From: an uncultured Erysipelotrichaceae bacterium | Lineage (GTDB): Bacteria; Bacillota_I; Bacilli_A; Erysipelotrichales; Erysipelotrichaceae | Length of the DNA stretch: 32,000 bases | Assembly (NCBI GenBank): GCA_942493105.1 | Contig: OW818668.1 | Span: 900,001 to 932,000 of the forward strand | Direction: 5' to 3' | Part shown: one piece after another, positions 1-8,321 of the stretch | Layout: the number at the start of each line of letters is the position of its first letter | How positions within the stretch are numbered: the stretch's first letter is position 1 | The notes under the pieces: generated by a model | What the model was told of the DNA's origin: nothing | Database searches by the model: none | The model's input: only the letters and a program-made list of their open reading frames with translations | Translations under genes and position numbers: made by a program

Positions 1-32
1 TGATATCATTCTACTCAAATATAAGAACCTTT

Positions 33-725
33 TCAATCTGCTTTACTAAAGTTTGGTGATTCGTAAAGTATTGTATTGGTTGCATTACATTCCTTCAATA
101 ATTCTTCCACATAATTGATCATGAATAAATATCTTTGATGACCAATTTGATTGGCTAAAGATGTGTTATAGTGTCCATCAAGTTTAAATAGCTTTTCATA
201 AAAATGATTGAGGCTGGTTGTATGCAGAGCTTTGTTTTTGTAATTTTCAGAACTTAGATTTTTTCGATAAGGGATTTCAGGGTTAAAGATCTCGCGACCA
301 TGGGCACCACCAAACGCAAAAGCACGGGCTATTCCAATGGCCCCAACCGCATCTAAACGATCCGCATCTTGAACGATCTGTCCTTCTATGGTAGACATTG
401 GACGAAGAACCTGACCTTTAAATGACATTGTTTCGATGATTTCAACCACGTGCTGAATCAATTTATTATCTACACCACAAGAAATCAACCAATCCTTTGC
501 AGCTTTTGGACCCTTGATTTCATCATTTGATGATTTATAGTCATAAATATCATGTAAGGTAGAAGCTAATATTACCACTTCCATATTCACTTCTTGTGTT
601 TCTGATTGTGCTAAGCGAATAGCCATATCGATGACTCTTTGCGTATGCCACCAATCATGACCAGTGGCTTCTTTCTCAAGCAACCTCCTAGCATAACTCA
701 TTGTCTTCTCGATGATTGTTTCCAT
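33..725 (-). CDS. HD-domain metal-dependent phosphohydrolase (YedJ-like)
   Basis: Track ORF 33..731. HD-superfamily signatures 'GHDWWHTQRV', 'LHDIYDYK', 'QDADRLDAVGAIGIARAF'. The GTG at 731 lies inside a GAGGTGA SD (728-734, minus strand), so ATG at 725 is the likelier start. Confidence 0.8.
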   Translation of the reverse strand: METIIEKTMSYARRLLEKEATGHDWWHTQRVIDMAIRLAQSETQEVNMEVVILASTLHDIYDYKSSNDEIKGPKAAKDWLISCGVDNKLIQHVVEIIETMSFKGQVLRPMSTIEGQIVQDADRLDAVGAIGIARAFAFGGAHGREIFNPEIPYRKNLSSENYKNKALHTTSLNHFYEKLFKLDGHYNTSLANQIGHQRYLFMINYVEELLKECNATNTILYESPNFSKAD

Positions 726-892
726 AGTCACCTCAATACTTCTATTATAGGCTATGTAACTACCACAATGAACTGAACTTCATGTTTCATCAAACCCATC
801 AATATTCACCAAAATTTTAAATTTTAGGTCAAAATTTTAATTATGGTAAATTTGTGGGATTATCACTGTCTGAACACTGTAGGGGGTGGATT

Positions 893-901
893 TGTTATAA
901 T
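893..901 (+). promoter_or_regulatory. Extended -10 promoter element (TGtTATAAT) for the DUF1028 gene
   Basis: tgttataat at 893-901, about 47 nt upstream of the SD-preceded ATG at 948. It lies inside the longer track ORF (843 start), which argues for the shorter CDS. Confidence 0.4.
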
Positions 902-947
902 GAAAACAGAAAATCTATCGTGGTATAGATTTGCGAGAGGACCTCAT

Positions 948-1826
948 ATGAAAAATATAGCGACTTTCTCCATCGTAGCCAGAGACCCTGAAACAGGTGA
1001 AATCGGGATTGCTGTTCAATCTAAATTTTTGGCTGTAGGATCTGCTGTTCCTTGGGCAAAAGCCAACGTTGGTGGAATCGCGACTCAGGCCATGGCTAAC
1101 CTTGAGTTTGGGACAGTTGGACTGGATTTGCTTGAGAAAGGTTACACTGCTCAAAAAGTATTGGAATCACTAAAAGCCAGGGATAACCATATCGAAGATC
1201 GGCAATTTGGGATCGTAGATTCCAAAGGTGGAGCTGTTACTTTTACAGGTAAAAATTGCTTCGATTATGCAGGAGGTATCGCTCAAGAAAATCTAGCGTG
1301 TCAAGGCAACATATTGGTTTCTGCTGAAACGATTGAAGCCATGGTTAAGACCTACAGATTGACCCAGGGGACCTTAGCGAATCGCTTGGTCAAAGCCCTG
1401 GATGCTGGTCAAAACGCTGGTGGTGACCGCAGAGGTCGCCAATCTGCTGCTTTATTGATTGTTAAACAAGGGGGCAGTTATGGTGGGTATAATGATCGAT
1501 ACATGGATCTTAGAGTAGATGATGATCCTCAACCCATTAAGAAACTAATGAAGCTTGTTAAACTTCATGAGATCTATTTTAATAAAACAAGAGAAGAAGA
1601 TAAAGTCGTGGTTGATTCTAAAGGTGCAGATCAGATTCAAAAGGCACTCAAGAAATGTGGATACTATAAAGGTCCTTTTACTCAAGAATTTGATACAGAA
1701 ACCATAAAGGCATATAATGATTTTTGTGGTTGGGAGAACTTTGAAGAACGCATCAACGAAGGTAATATTGTCGATAAAAATGTTTTAAAATTCTTGTTGA
1801 GAAAAGCCAAGCGAATCATCGAATAA
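948..1826 (+). CDS. DUF1028 (Ntn-hydrolase-fold) protein with C-terminal peptidoglycan-binding-like repeat
   Basis: Track ORF 843..1826. 'FSIVARDPETGEIGIAVQSKFLAVGSAVPWA' and 'GGDRRGRQSAALLIV' are typical of DUF1028. C-terminal 'IQKALKKCGYYKGPFTQEFDTETIKAYNDF' resembles a PG_binding_1 repeat. ATG 948 has a GAGAGG SD at 935-940. Confidence 0.75.
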   Translation: MKNIATFSIVARDPETGEIGIAVQSKFLAVGSAVPWAKANVGGIATQAMANLEFGTVGLDLLEKGYTAQKVLESLKARDNHIEDRQFGIVDSKGGAVTFTGKNCFDYAGGIAQENLACQGNILVSAETIEAMVKTYRLTQGTLANRLVKALDAGQNAGGDRRGRQSAALLIVKQGGSYGGYNDRYMDLRVDDDPQPIKKLMKLVKLHEIYFNKTREEDKVVVDSKGADQIQKALKKCGYYKGPFTQEFDTETIKAYNDFCGWENFEERINEGNIVDKNVLKFLLRKAKRIIE

Positions 1827-1851
1827 TTGTTTTTCTAAAAAGGAGATGTTT

Positions 1852-2457
1852 ATGTTGATAATTGAGGGTGTAGTAGGAGTCGGTAAAACTACTTTGATGA
1901 ATCATCTTGTCAAAGAAGGGTACATTGCTTTTCCTGAACCTGTTTTAAATAACCCAATATTGGATAAGTTTTATCAAGATCGTAAGCGATATGCATTTCC
2001 ACTTCAGATATATTTCTTGACCAAGCGTTTTGAGCATCTCAAATCAGCTGCATTGATCCCTAATTCTGTGATGGATCGCAGTATTTATGGTGATGGGCTC
2101 TTTGCGGCCATGCATGCAGAAGACAAAACAATGGAAGCGGAAGAATATAATATCTATGATCAATTATTTGATGTGATGATCCAAGAAGTCAAGAAACCAG
2201 ACTTGTTGGTTTATCTTCAAGTCAGTGTCGAAGTTGCGATTAAGCGAATCAAAAAAAGAGGTCGTGACTTTGAACAAAGCGTAGAAAGATCCTATTGGGA
2301 AAGATTGAATGAAAAATACGAGTCTTACTTTTCAAGATATGATCATTCACCAATCCTAGTCATTAATGTGGATCACTTAGATTTTGAAGCATCTGAAGAT
2401 GATTTAGCGTACGTTATTCTTAGAATCAAAGAAACTTTAGAACAACTTAGCTCATAA
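1852..2457 (+). CDS. Deoxynucleoside kinase (dAK/dGK family)
   Basis: P-loop 'IIEGVVGVGKTTL', 'MDRSIYGD', LID-like 'IKRIKKRGRDFEQ'. AGGAG at 1841-1845 abuts ATG 1846 (too close) and is 6 nt from ATG 1852, so 1852 is preferred. Confidence 0.85.
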   Translation: MLIIEGVVGVGKTTLMNHLVKEGYIAFPEPVLNNPILDKFYQDRKRYAFPLQIYFLTKRFEHLKSAALIPNSVMDRSIYGDGLFAAMHAEDKTMEAEEYNIYDQLFDVMIQEVKKPDLLVYLQVSVEVAIKRIKKRGRDFEQSVERSYWERLNEKYESYFSRYDHSPILVINVDHLDFEASEDDLAYVILRIKETLEQLSS

Positions 2458-2531
2458 ACTCTTATAATAGACTTAGATTAAGTTTAACAATCATTGGACT
2501 TTATGAATAAACAAACAGAAAAGGAAACTTT

Positions 2532-2828
2532 ATGAAAAACAGAAAACTTGCATGGGTATTGATCAGTATTTTAATTCTCATCGCTTTGACAGGTTGTATC
2601 CCAGGAGATGGCACAGCCTCTTCAACCAACACAGCAGGATTCTTTTGGGGAATTTGGCATGGATGGTTGGCACCCCTGTCTTTGATCTTGAGTATATTTG
2701 ATAAAAATATCCGGATCTATGAAGTGATGAATAGTGGATTCTGGTATGATTTTGGATATTATATGGCCATCATATCTGGTTTTGGAGGACTGTCCTTATA
2801 TAGAAGGAAAGCTCGCCGTCGCCATTAA
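2532..2828 (+). CDS. Small membrane lipoprotein (98 aa)
   Basis: Signal peptide with lipobox 'LIALTGC', further hydrophobic segments, basic tail 'RRKARRRH'. AAGGA SD at 2521-2525. Confidence 0.6.
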   Translation: MKNRKLAWVLISILILIALTGCIPGDGTASSTNTAGFFWGIWHGWLAPLSLILSIFDKNIRIYEVMNSGFWYDFGYYMAIISGFGGLSLYRRKARRRH

Positions 2829-2831
2829 GAT

Positions 2832-3860
2832 ATGCAACACGAAATATTAACTTCTGCACCATTGCTGGATAAACATGGAAATATTGCAGAACCTGGTTAT
2901 GCAAAAAGTTTATTGCCAATATATAACCGAAAGGATATAAAAGCACCAGGTTTTAGAATCAAAGAATGGGATTATTACTATGTCGGTAATGATCATTTTG
3001 GTCTTGCTTTGACTGTTGCAGATAATTCATATATGGGCTTAGATTCAATAACTTTCTTTAATTTTGATGAGGTTTATGAGATTACAGCGAGCTTCATGTC
3101 ATTCTTCACATTTGGAAAGAAGAATCACCCTTCTAGTTCACTAAAAGGAAATATCCGTATCGTTAAAAAGAATTATATTATCGAGTTTACTCACAAAGAT
3201 CAACAAAGAATCCTTGATTTTAAAGTTGAACATTTTAGTCAAGGACAACCTTTAGTAGGACGGCTTATTTTAAGCAGTATCCCTAAAGAAAGCATGGTCA
3301 TTGCGACCCCGTTTGATCGACCTAAGCATTTCTACTTCAATCAGAAAATCAATTGTATGCGAGCTGAAGGCAGTGTTACGATTGCGGGCAAAGCATATCA
3401 GTTTAGGCCAGAATCGTCATTCGCGGTCTTAGATTGGGGAAGAGGAGTTTGGACGTATAAGAACACTTGGTATTGGGGAAGTGCTTCTGGTGTCGTAGAT
3501 GGGATCTCTTTTGGGTTCAACATCGGTTATGGATTTGGGAATACCAAAGCAGCTACCGAAAATATGTTGATTTATAATGGTAAAGCTCATAAGCTATCCG
3601 AAGTTACTTTTGATATCCCAATGAAAGATGGACATGAAGATTACCTAAAGCCATGGAAGTTCACAAGCGATGATGGACGTTTTGAGATGGATTTTGTACC
3701 AATATTAGATCGTTCATCTAAAACATCCCTCTTGATTCTAGAATCAGATCAGCATCAAGTTTTTGGACGTTTCAGTGGTTCAGTTCAACTTGATGATGGG
3801 AAGATCATCCATATCAAAGACTTTATGGGTTTCGCTGAAAAGGTAGCTAATAAGTGGTAA
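2832..3860 (+). CDS. DUF2804-like soluble protein (342 aa)
   Basis: Long ORF starting 3 nt after the lipoprotein stop with no SD of its own, suggesting coupling. 'RIKEWDYYYV' and the length recall the DUF2804 family, from memory only and not verified. Confidence 0.5.
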   Translation: MQHEILTSAPLLDKHGNIAEPGYAKSLLPIYNRKDIKAPGFRIKEWDYYYVGNDHFGLALTVADNSYMGLDSITFFNFDEVYEITASFMSFFTFGKKNHPSSSLKGNIRIVKKNYIIEFTHKDQQRILDFKVEHFSQGQPLVGRLILSSIPKESMVIATPFDRPKHFYFNQKINCMRAEGSVTIAGKAYQFRPESSFAVLDWGRGVWTYKNTWYWGSASGVVDGISFGFNIGYGFGNTKAATENMLIYNGKAHKLSEVTFDIPMKDGHEDYLKPWKFTSDDGRFEMDFVPILDRSSKTSLLILESDQHQVFGRFSGSVQLDDGKIIHIKDFMGFAEKVANKW

Positions 3861-3943
3861 TCATACATTCTAATTTAATTGTGAAATAAACTTTCATTTG
3901 CACATGAGTATCAAAATTCTGATATTTATGTTATAAATTGGGT

Positions 3944-4072
3944 ATGAACAACAAGACAAATAGATCAATCCCTAAAGCCGTGCTGTTTATCCTTGGTGCA
4001 TTTGGTTTAACTAAGATTCTGATTAGTTATCATATCTTCAGTAACTTCTTTGAATTGCTCAGATTATCATAA
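3944..4072 (+). CDS. Candidate 42-aa hydrophobic peptide (MNNKTNRSIPKAVLFILGAFGLTKILISYHIFSNFFELLRLS)
   Basis: Not in the ORF track because it is too short. Found by hand in the 285-nt gap after the DUF2804-like gene. One predicted TM helix. TGtTATAAA (3929-3937) ends 6 nt before the ATG, and a dedicated terminator follows at 4090-4113. Confidence 0.3.
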   Translation: MNNKTNRSIPKAVLFILGAFGLTKILISYHIFSNFFELLRLS

Positions 4073-4089
4073 GTAAGATATTAAATCTT

Positions 4090-4113
4090 AACAGCACAAA
4101 GTGCTGTTTTTTT
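4090..4113 (+). terminator. Rho-independent terminator
   Basis: AACAGCAC-AAA-GTGCTGTT perfect 8-bp stem followed by a T run (to 4113). Confidence 0.75.
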
Positions 4114-4120
4114 ATGCAAT

Positions 4121-4143
4121 AAAAAAGTGTCCTAAGACACTTT
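4121..4143 (-). terminator. Rho-independent terminator of the DUF1836-DegV operon
   Basis: On the minus strand AGUGUC-UUAG-GACACU followed by U6. Lies immediately downstream of the DegV stop (4146). Confidence 0.7.
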
Positions 4144-4145
4144 GA

Positions 4146-4997
4146 TCAATTTTCGATTTGTACAGCGATTCCTATTAATCCAGGACCAGTATGAACACCC
4201 AATGCAGGAGAAACAGGTCCAACATAGATATCTTTAACATTCTGGACTCTTGATAAAACATCTTCCTTTATTCTGGTGATTTCTTCAAGTGCATTTCCAT
4301 GCGCAAAGGCGATGTTGACTCTTTTTCCATCTTGAGCATAAGCACAAGCGATTTCTTTGATTCTGGTCAATGATCCTTTTCTGCCTCTGACTTTTGCGAT
4401 GGTGGTATAGATTCCTTCATCATTACATGTTATGACTGGTTTTAAATCTAGTGTTTGTCCAACAAATGCTGACACTTTACCGATACGTCCACCTTTTTGA
4501 AGATATTCTAAGGTATTGAGGACGAAATAAACTTTGGTTTGTAGGATGACTTGCTGAACTTTATCAATCAAATCATTGAATAAAAAGCCGTCTTTTGCCC
4601 ATTGAGCAGCTTTAATGACACTAAGACCGCTTCCAATACCAATATTTTTTGTATCAATGACTTTCATTGGTAACTTGGAATGATCTGCCATCAATTGGAT
4701 CATATTGTGTGTCCCAGAAAGACCAGAAGACAATACGACAGCTAGGATATGGGTATATCCACTCTGTTCAATTTTTTTAAGGGTATCCGCAACGATTTGG
4801 CCGGTTGGTAAAGAGGTCGTTGGGACTTCTTTCGTTAAATTTTCATAGACTGTTTGAGCATCGATATCGACCCCATCTGAATAACTGCGGTTTTTGTAGT
4901 TGACTTGAAGTGGTAAAACAAAGATTCCCATTTCTTTAACAATTTCAGCGGGCACGTCACTGCCAGAATCAGTTAAGATCGCTATTTTTTGAATCAT
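4146..4997 (-). CDS. DegV-family fatty-acid-binding protein (FakB-like)
   Basis: 283 aa. N-terminal 'IAILTDSGSDVP' and overall DegV pattern. AAGGAG SD 7 nt upstream of ATG 4997. Confidence 0.9.
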   Translation of the reverse strand: MIQKIAILTDSGSDVPAEIVKEMGIFVLPLQVNYKNRSYSDGVDIDAQTVYENLTKEVPTTSLPTGQIVADTLKKIEQSGYTHILAVVLSSGLSGTHNMIQLMADHSKLPMKVIDTKNIGIGSGLSVIKAAQWAKDGFLFNDLIDKVQQVILQTKVYFVLNTLEYLQKGGRIGKVSAFVGQTLDLKPVITCNDEGIYTTIAKVRGRKGSLTRIKEIACAYAQDGKRVNIAFAHGNALEEITRIKEDVLSRVQNVKDIYVGPVSPALGVHTGPGLIGIAVQIEN

Positions 4998-5505
4998 TTT
5001 TTTCTCCTTGTGATTCGATCAGAATCAAATTCTTAACGACTCTTTGAGCCGCAAAGGTCAATGCTGCAAGCTTTAGGATGCGGTTTTCTACAGTGATCTC
5101 ACCTTCCAGTAAGGTCATAGGTTCTTTCTTTTCCCCCTGAGTTTCAATCAACCGAACCGCATTTTCAACGTCGCTTACAAATAAATTATAAGCCTGTTTG
5201 AGTCCAAGTGTTTGAGTTTCGATAAGAATGCCTTCTTTGATTTGCATGATTTCAAATACATCTTTTAAGATGGCTATCGCAAAGATAAATGCGACATGAA
5301 CACGTGTGTACTTCTTTTGAATTGGTGCCGGCAACAATTTAAGTTTGACATAATTGTTGATCATGGCTGCAGTGACGGGCTTGATCCCAAGCGAACTTAA
5401 ATGTTTCTCGGTCAACTTGATGACCTGATCCATATAAAGATCAAGGTCTGGTAAGTCTTCCCATCGCGGTAATTTGAAAGGATGCAATTCCTTTTCAGTG
5501 TTCAT
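4969..5505 (-). CDS. DUF1836 domain protein
   Basis: 178 aa. 'LPRWEDLPDLDLYMDQV' is the hallmark N-terminal DUF1836 motif. Its 3' end overlaps the DegV start by 29 nt. Confidence 0.75.
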   Translation of the reverse strand: MNTEKELHPFKLPRWEDLPDLDLYMDQVIKLTEKHLSSLGIKPVTAAMINNYVKLKLLPAPIQKKYTRVHVAFIFAIAILKDVFEIMQIKEGILIETQTLGLKQAYNLFVSDVENAVRLIETQGEKKEPMTLLEGEITVENRILKLAALTFAAQRVVKNLILIESQGEKNDSKNSDLN

Positions 5506-5511
5506 AAATAA

Positions 5512-5540
5512 AGTATAAAATAATAATCATAATTAGTCAA
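5512..5540 (-). promoter_or_regulatory. Near-consensus sigma-A-type promoter TTGACT-N17-TATACT
   Basis: Minus strand: -35 TTGACT (5540-5535), 17-nt spacer, -10 TATACT (5517-5512). Only 6 nt (TTATTT) separate the -10 from ATG 5505, and there is no SD. Confidence 0.55.
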
Positions 5541-5663
5541 CATAGTTATCATAATAAGATAGAATTTGAGATCATTTTTCTTAAGTTTCTAAGCGACAGA
5601 ACCTCCAGAAAAAAGTTATAATAAACATGTGAAGAATAATAGTGTGAAGGATTGGAGGGAAAC

Positions 5664-6461
5664 ATGATCAAGTTGATTGCTTTAGATATAGATGGTACTT
5701 TATATAATCAACATGATGAAATCATGCCTTTGACAAGATCCGCTTTATTAAGAGCACACAAGAATGGAATTATCCTTGTGTTGGCTTCGGGTAGATCTTT
5801 ACATGGATTAAGAAACCTTGTTCTTAAACAACAAATCCCTTTAGAAAAAACTGTCTTGCTGTGTTATAACGGCGGTGTTATTGCAGATGCTCAAAGTAAT
5901 GAAATCTTATTTGAGGAAGTATTTAGTGAAAATTTATACAGACGAATCATCAAACATGCACAGCAGTTTCCACTCACGTTGATGGTTCCTTATAAACATG
6001 AATTATGGGTTCAAGATCCTAATGGAACCAATGTTGAGTATGCAGCTCGTTCTGAGAATCATGAAGTCAAAGTTCTCTCAGATCTTAGTTTGATTGATTT
6101 TTGTCCAAATAAAATTATGATCAGTGCTGATCCTCTAGTCATCGATAAGTTCATGGATGATTTGATTGCGCCTTTTGATAATGAAGTCCATTTCTTAAAA
6201 TCACGGCCAGATTTTATTGAAATCAATCCAAATGGTGTAGATAAAGGCAGTGCATTAGAGAAGTATTGTGATCTAAAGAAAATTGGAGCCAGCGAAGTTT
6301 TGGCTTTTGGCGATAATTATAACGATCTGACAATGATCAAATATGCCGGGATCGGTGTTGCGATGGATAATGCTGTCGATGAAGTCAAAGCCATCGCAGA
6401 TGCGATTACCTTATCCAACAATGAAGATGGTATAGGTCATTTCCTAAATGACTATTTCTAG
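5664..6461 (+). CDS. Cof-type HAD-IIB phosphatase
   Basis: 'IALDIDGTL' (motif I) and 'AFGDNYNDLTMIKYAGIGVAMDNA' (motif IV). GGAGGG at 5654-5659 precedes ATG 5664. The track start at 5652 is a TTG inside the SD. Confidence 0.85.
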   Translation: MIKLIALDIDGTLYNQHDEIMPLTRSALLRAHKNGIILVLASGRSLHGLRNLVLKQQIPLEKTVLLCYNGGVIADAQSNEILFEEVFSENLYRRIIKHAQQFPLTLMVPYKHELWVQDPNGTNVEYAARSENHEVKVLSDLSLIDFCPNKIMISADPLVIDKFMDDLIAPFDNEVHFLKSRPDFIEINPNGVDKGSALEKYCDLKKIGASEVLAFGDNYNDLTMIKYAGIGVAMDNAVDEVKAIADAITLSNNEDGIGHFLNDYF

Positions 6462-6585
6462 ACAATAGCTTCGACTTTCTAAATTGTATCTAGCTATTAT
6501 TCTTTAAGCGAAAATTCTTCGATTTATGCGATAGTGTTAAGCTCACCACAATCCCTGAGACAACACAAATATATTTTACTTATAA

Positions 6586-6611
6586 AAAAGATGATCATTA
6601 AATCATCTTTT
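6586..6611. terminator. Bidirectional terminator between convergent Cof and ABC-F genes
   Basis: AAAAGATGAT (6586-6595) / ATCATCTTTT (6602-6611), a 10-bp stem flanked by an A run and a T run. It abuts the ABC-F stop codon. Confidence 0.7.
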
Positions 6612-8167
6612 TATACGATTTTTGTCGTCCAAGTCTCACAATTCCAGACTTCACTGACGATATCTTGATAAAATTCGGGTTCATGGCAAACCAGTAAGAT
6701 CGTCCCTTTATAGGCAATCAAGGCTCTTTTTAGTTCCTCTTTTGCGTCAATATCCAAATGATTGGTTGGTTCATCCAAAACCAAGACATTAGAAGGGGTA
6801 TGCAGTATTTTGCATAAACGTACTTTGGCTTGTTCGCCACCGCTCAGAACACTTACTTTAGACTCTAATTGCTGACGAGTTAAGCCAACTTTGGCCAATG
6901 CATTACGAATTTCAAGTTGATTAAATGAAGGGAAAGCTTGCCACACATCTTCTATACAGGTCAAGTTAGAATTCTTTTTTTGTTCTTGCTCGAAGTAACC
7001 GATGAATAAATATTCACCAGTTTCAATCTTTCCAGAAATAGGTTCAATCATACCTAAGAGACTTTTTAACAGAGTTGATTTTCCTAAACCATTGGCTCCG
7101 GTTAATGCGATTTTCTGTCCACGTTCAAGTGTAAACTTTAATGGTTTAGATAATGGCGAATCATAACCGATGACCAAATCATTGGCTTCAACGATCAGTT
7201 TACCAGATGTCCGTGACATCTTAAAATTAAAGACTGGTTGAGGCTTTTCAGGTGCTAATTCAATACGCTCCATCTTATCCAGTTTCTTTTGTCTGGATTT
7301 AGCCATATTGGACGTTGCGACATTGGCTTTATTGCGTGCAACAAAATCCTCAAGTCTTGCTATTTCAGACTGTTGTCTTCCATAAGCTGATTCCAGTAAG
7401 CGTTTGTTTTGCTCATAGACTCTGACAAACTCATCATAGTTCCCTACATAGCGTGTTAGCTTTCTATTTTCAACATGATAAATCAAGTTAACAACATCAT
7501 TTAAGAAAGGCATATCATGAGAAATCAAAATAAAAGCATTCTCATACGACAGTAAATAACGTTTAAGCCAAACAATATGTTCTTCATCAAGATAGTTAGT
7601 GGGTTCATCAAGCAGTAAGATGTCTGGTTTTTCAAGTAAGAGTTTCGTTAATAATACCTTGGTTCTTTGTCCACCCGACAATAAATCGACATCTTTCTCT
7701 AAACCGATTGCACTTAATCCCAAAGCTGATGCAACTTCATCGATCTTCTTATCGATGATGTAGAAATCATGATGATCTAGGGTATCTTGTAATATGCCGA
7801 TCCGCTCAAGTGTTTCATCCATATCTAAGTCAGGATCATTGGCCATTGCGTCATAAAGCTTAAGCATCTCAGCCTCATCATCAAATAAATATTGATAAGC
7901 TTTCTGTAGGACTTGGCGAATCGTAAGACCTTTCTCAAGCACAGTATGTTGATCTAAATAACCAACCCTTACTTTAGACGACCAAATGACTCGTCCTTCT
8001 TCAGGGGTCAATTTACTGGTCAGGATACTCATGAATGTTGATTTACCTTCACCATTGGCTCCAATTAAGCCAACATGTTCACCTTTAAGCAAACGAAAAG
8101 AAACATCGTCAAAAATACCTCGATCTCCAAATCCGTGACTTAAATGTTCAACTGTACAAATACTCAT
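6611..8167 (-). CDS. ABC-F family ATPase (two ABC domains, no TM domain; translation-factor type)
   Basis: 518 aa. Walker A 'GANGEGKST' and 'GANGLGKST', signatures 'LSGGQRTKV' and 'LSGGEQAKV', short basic inter-domain linker. GGAGGA SD upstream of ATG 8167. Confidence 0.9.
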   Translation of the reverse strand: MSICTVEHLSHGFGDRGIFDDVSFRLLKGEHVGLIGANGEGKSTFMSILTSKLTPEEGRVIWSSKVRVGYLDQHTVLEKGLTIRQVLQKAYQYLFDDEAEMLKLYDAMANDPDLDMDETLERIGILQDTLDHHDFYIIDKKIDEVASALGLSAIGLEKDVDLLSGGQRTKVLLTKLLLEKPDILLLDEPTNYLDEEHIVWLKRYLLSYENAFILISHDMPFLNDVVNLIYHVENRKLTRYVGNYDEFVRVYEQNKRLLESAYGRQQSEIARLEDFVARNKANVATSNMAKSRQKKLDKMERIELAPEKPQPVFNFKMSRTSGKLIVEANDLVIGYDSPLSKPLKFTLERGQKIALTGANGLGKSTLLKSLLGMIEPISGKIETGEYLFIGYFEQEQKKNSNLTCIEDVWQAFPSFNQLEIRNALAKVGLTRQQLESKVSVLSGGEQAKVRLCKILHTPSNVLVLDEPTNHLDIDAKEELKRALIAYKGTILLVCHEPEFYQDIVSEVWNCETWTTKIV

Positions 8168-8321
8168 AGCTATCCTCCAAATAAATGTCCAAAAAGAATC
8201 ATACCCTACATCGACTCTATATGCAATCTTAAGCTTAGAACTTGCTTATAAAATGGTTGTTTTTTACTTAACTTATCCATTTAATATGGCTCATCAACAA
8301 CGATAAGTCTATAATAAAATC

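Noticed and set aside
915-1154. 79-aa minus-strand ORF inside the DUF1028 gene
   Set aside because: It is fully antisense to a well-supported CDS, has no SD or recognisable motif, and has a low-complexity, Ser/Arg-rich composition typical of antisense frames.
3944-4072. Type I toxin-antitoxin locus for the 42-aa peptide
   Set aside because: I could find no antisense promoter or terminator pair and no overlapping sRNA signature. I keep it only as a small-peptide candidate.
6611-8167. ABC-F protein as an antibiotic-resistance (ARE) ribosomal-protection factor
   Set aside because: The inter-domain linker looks short and basic, like housekeeping ABC-F proteins, rather than the extended ARD of Vga/Lsa/Msr/OptrA types. 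There is no leader-peptide attenuator upstream. It cannot be excluded without phylogeny.
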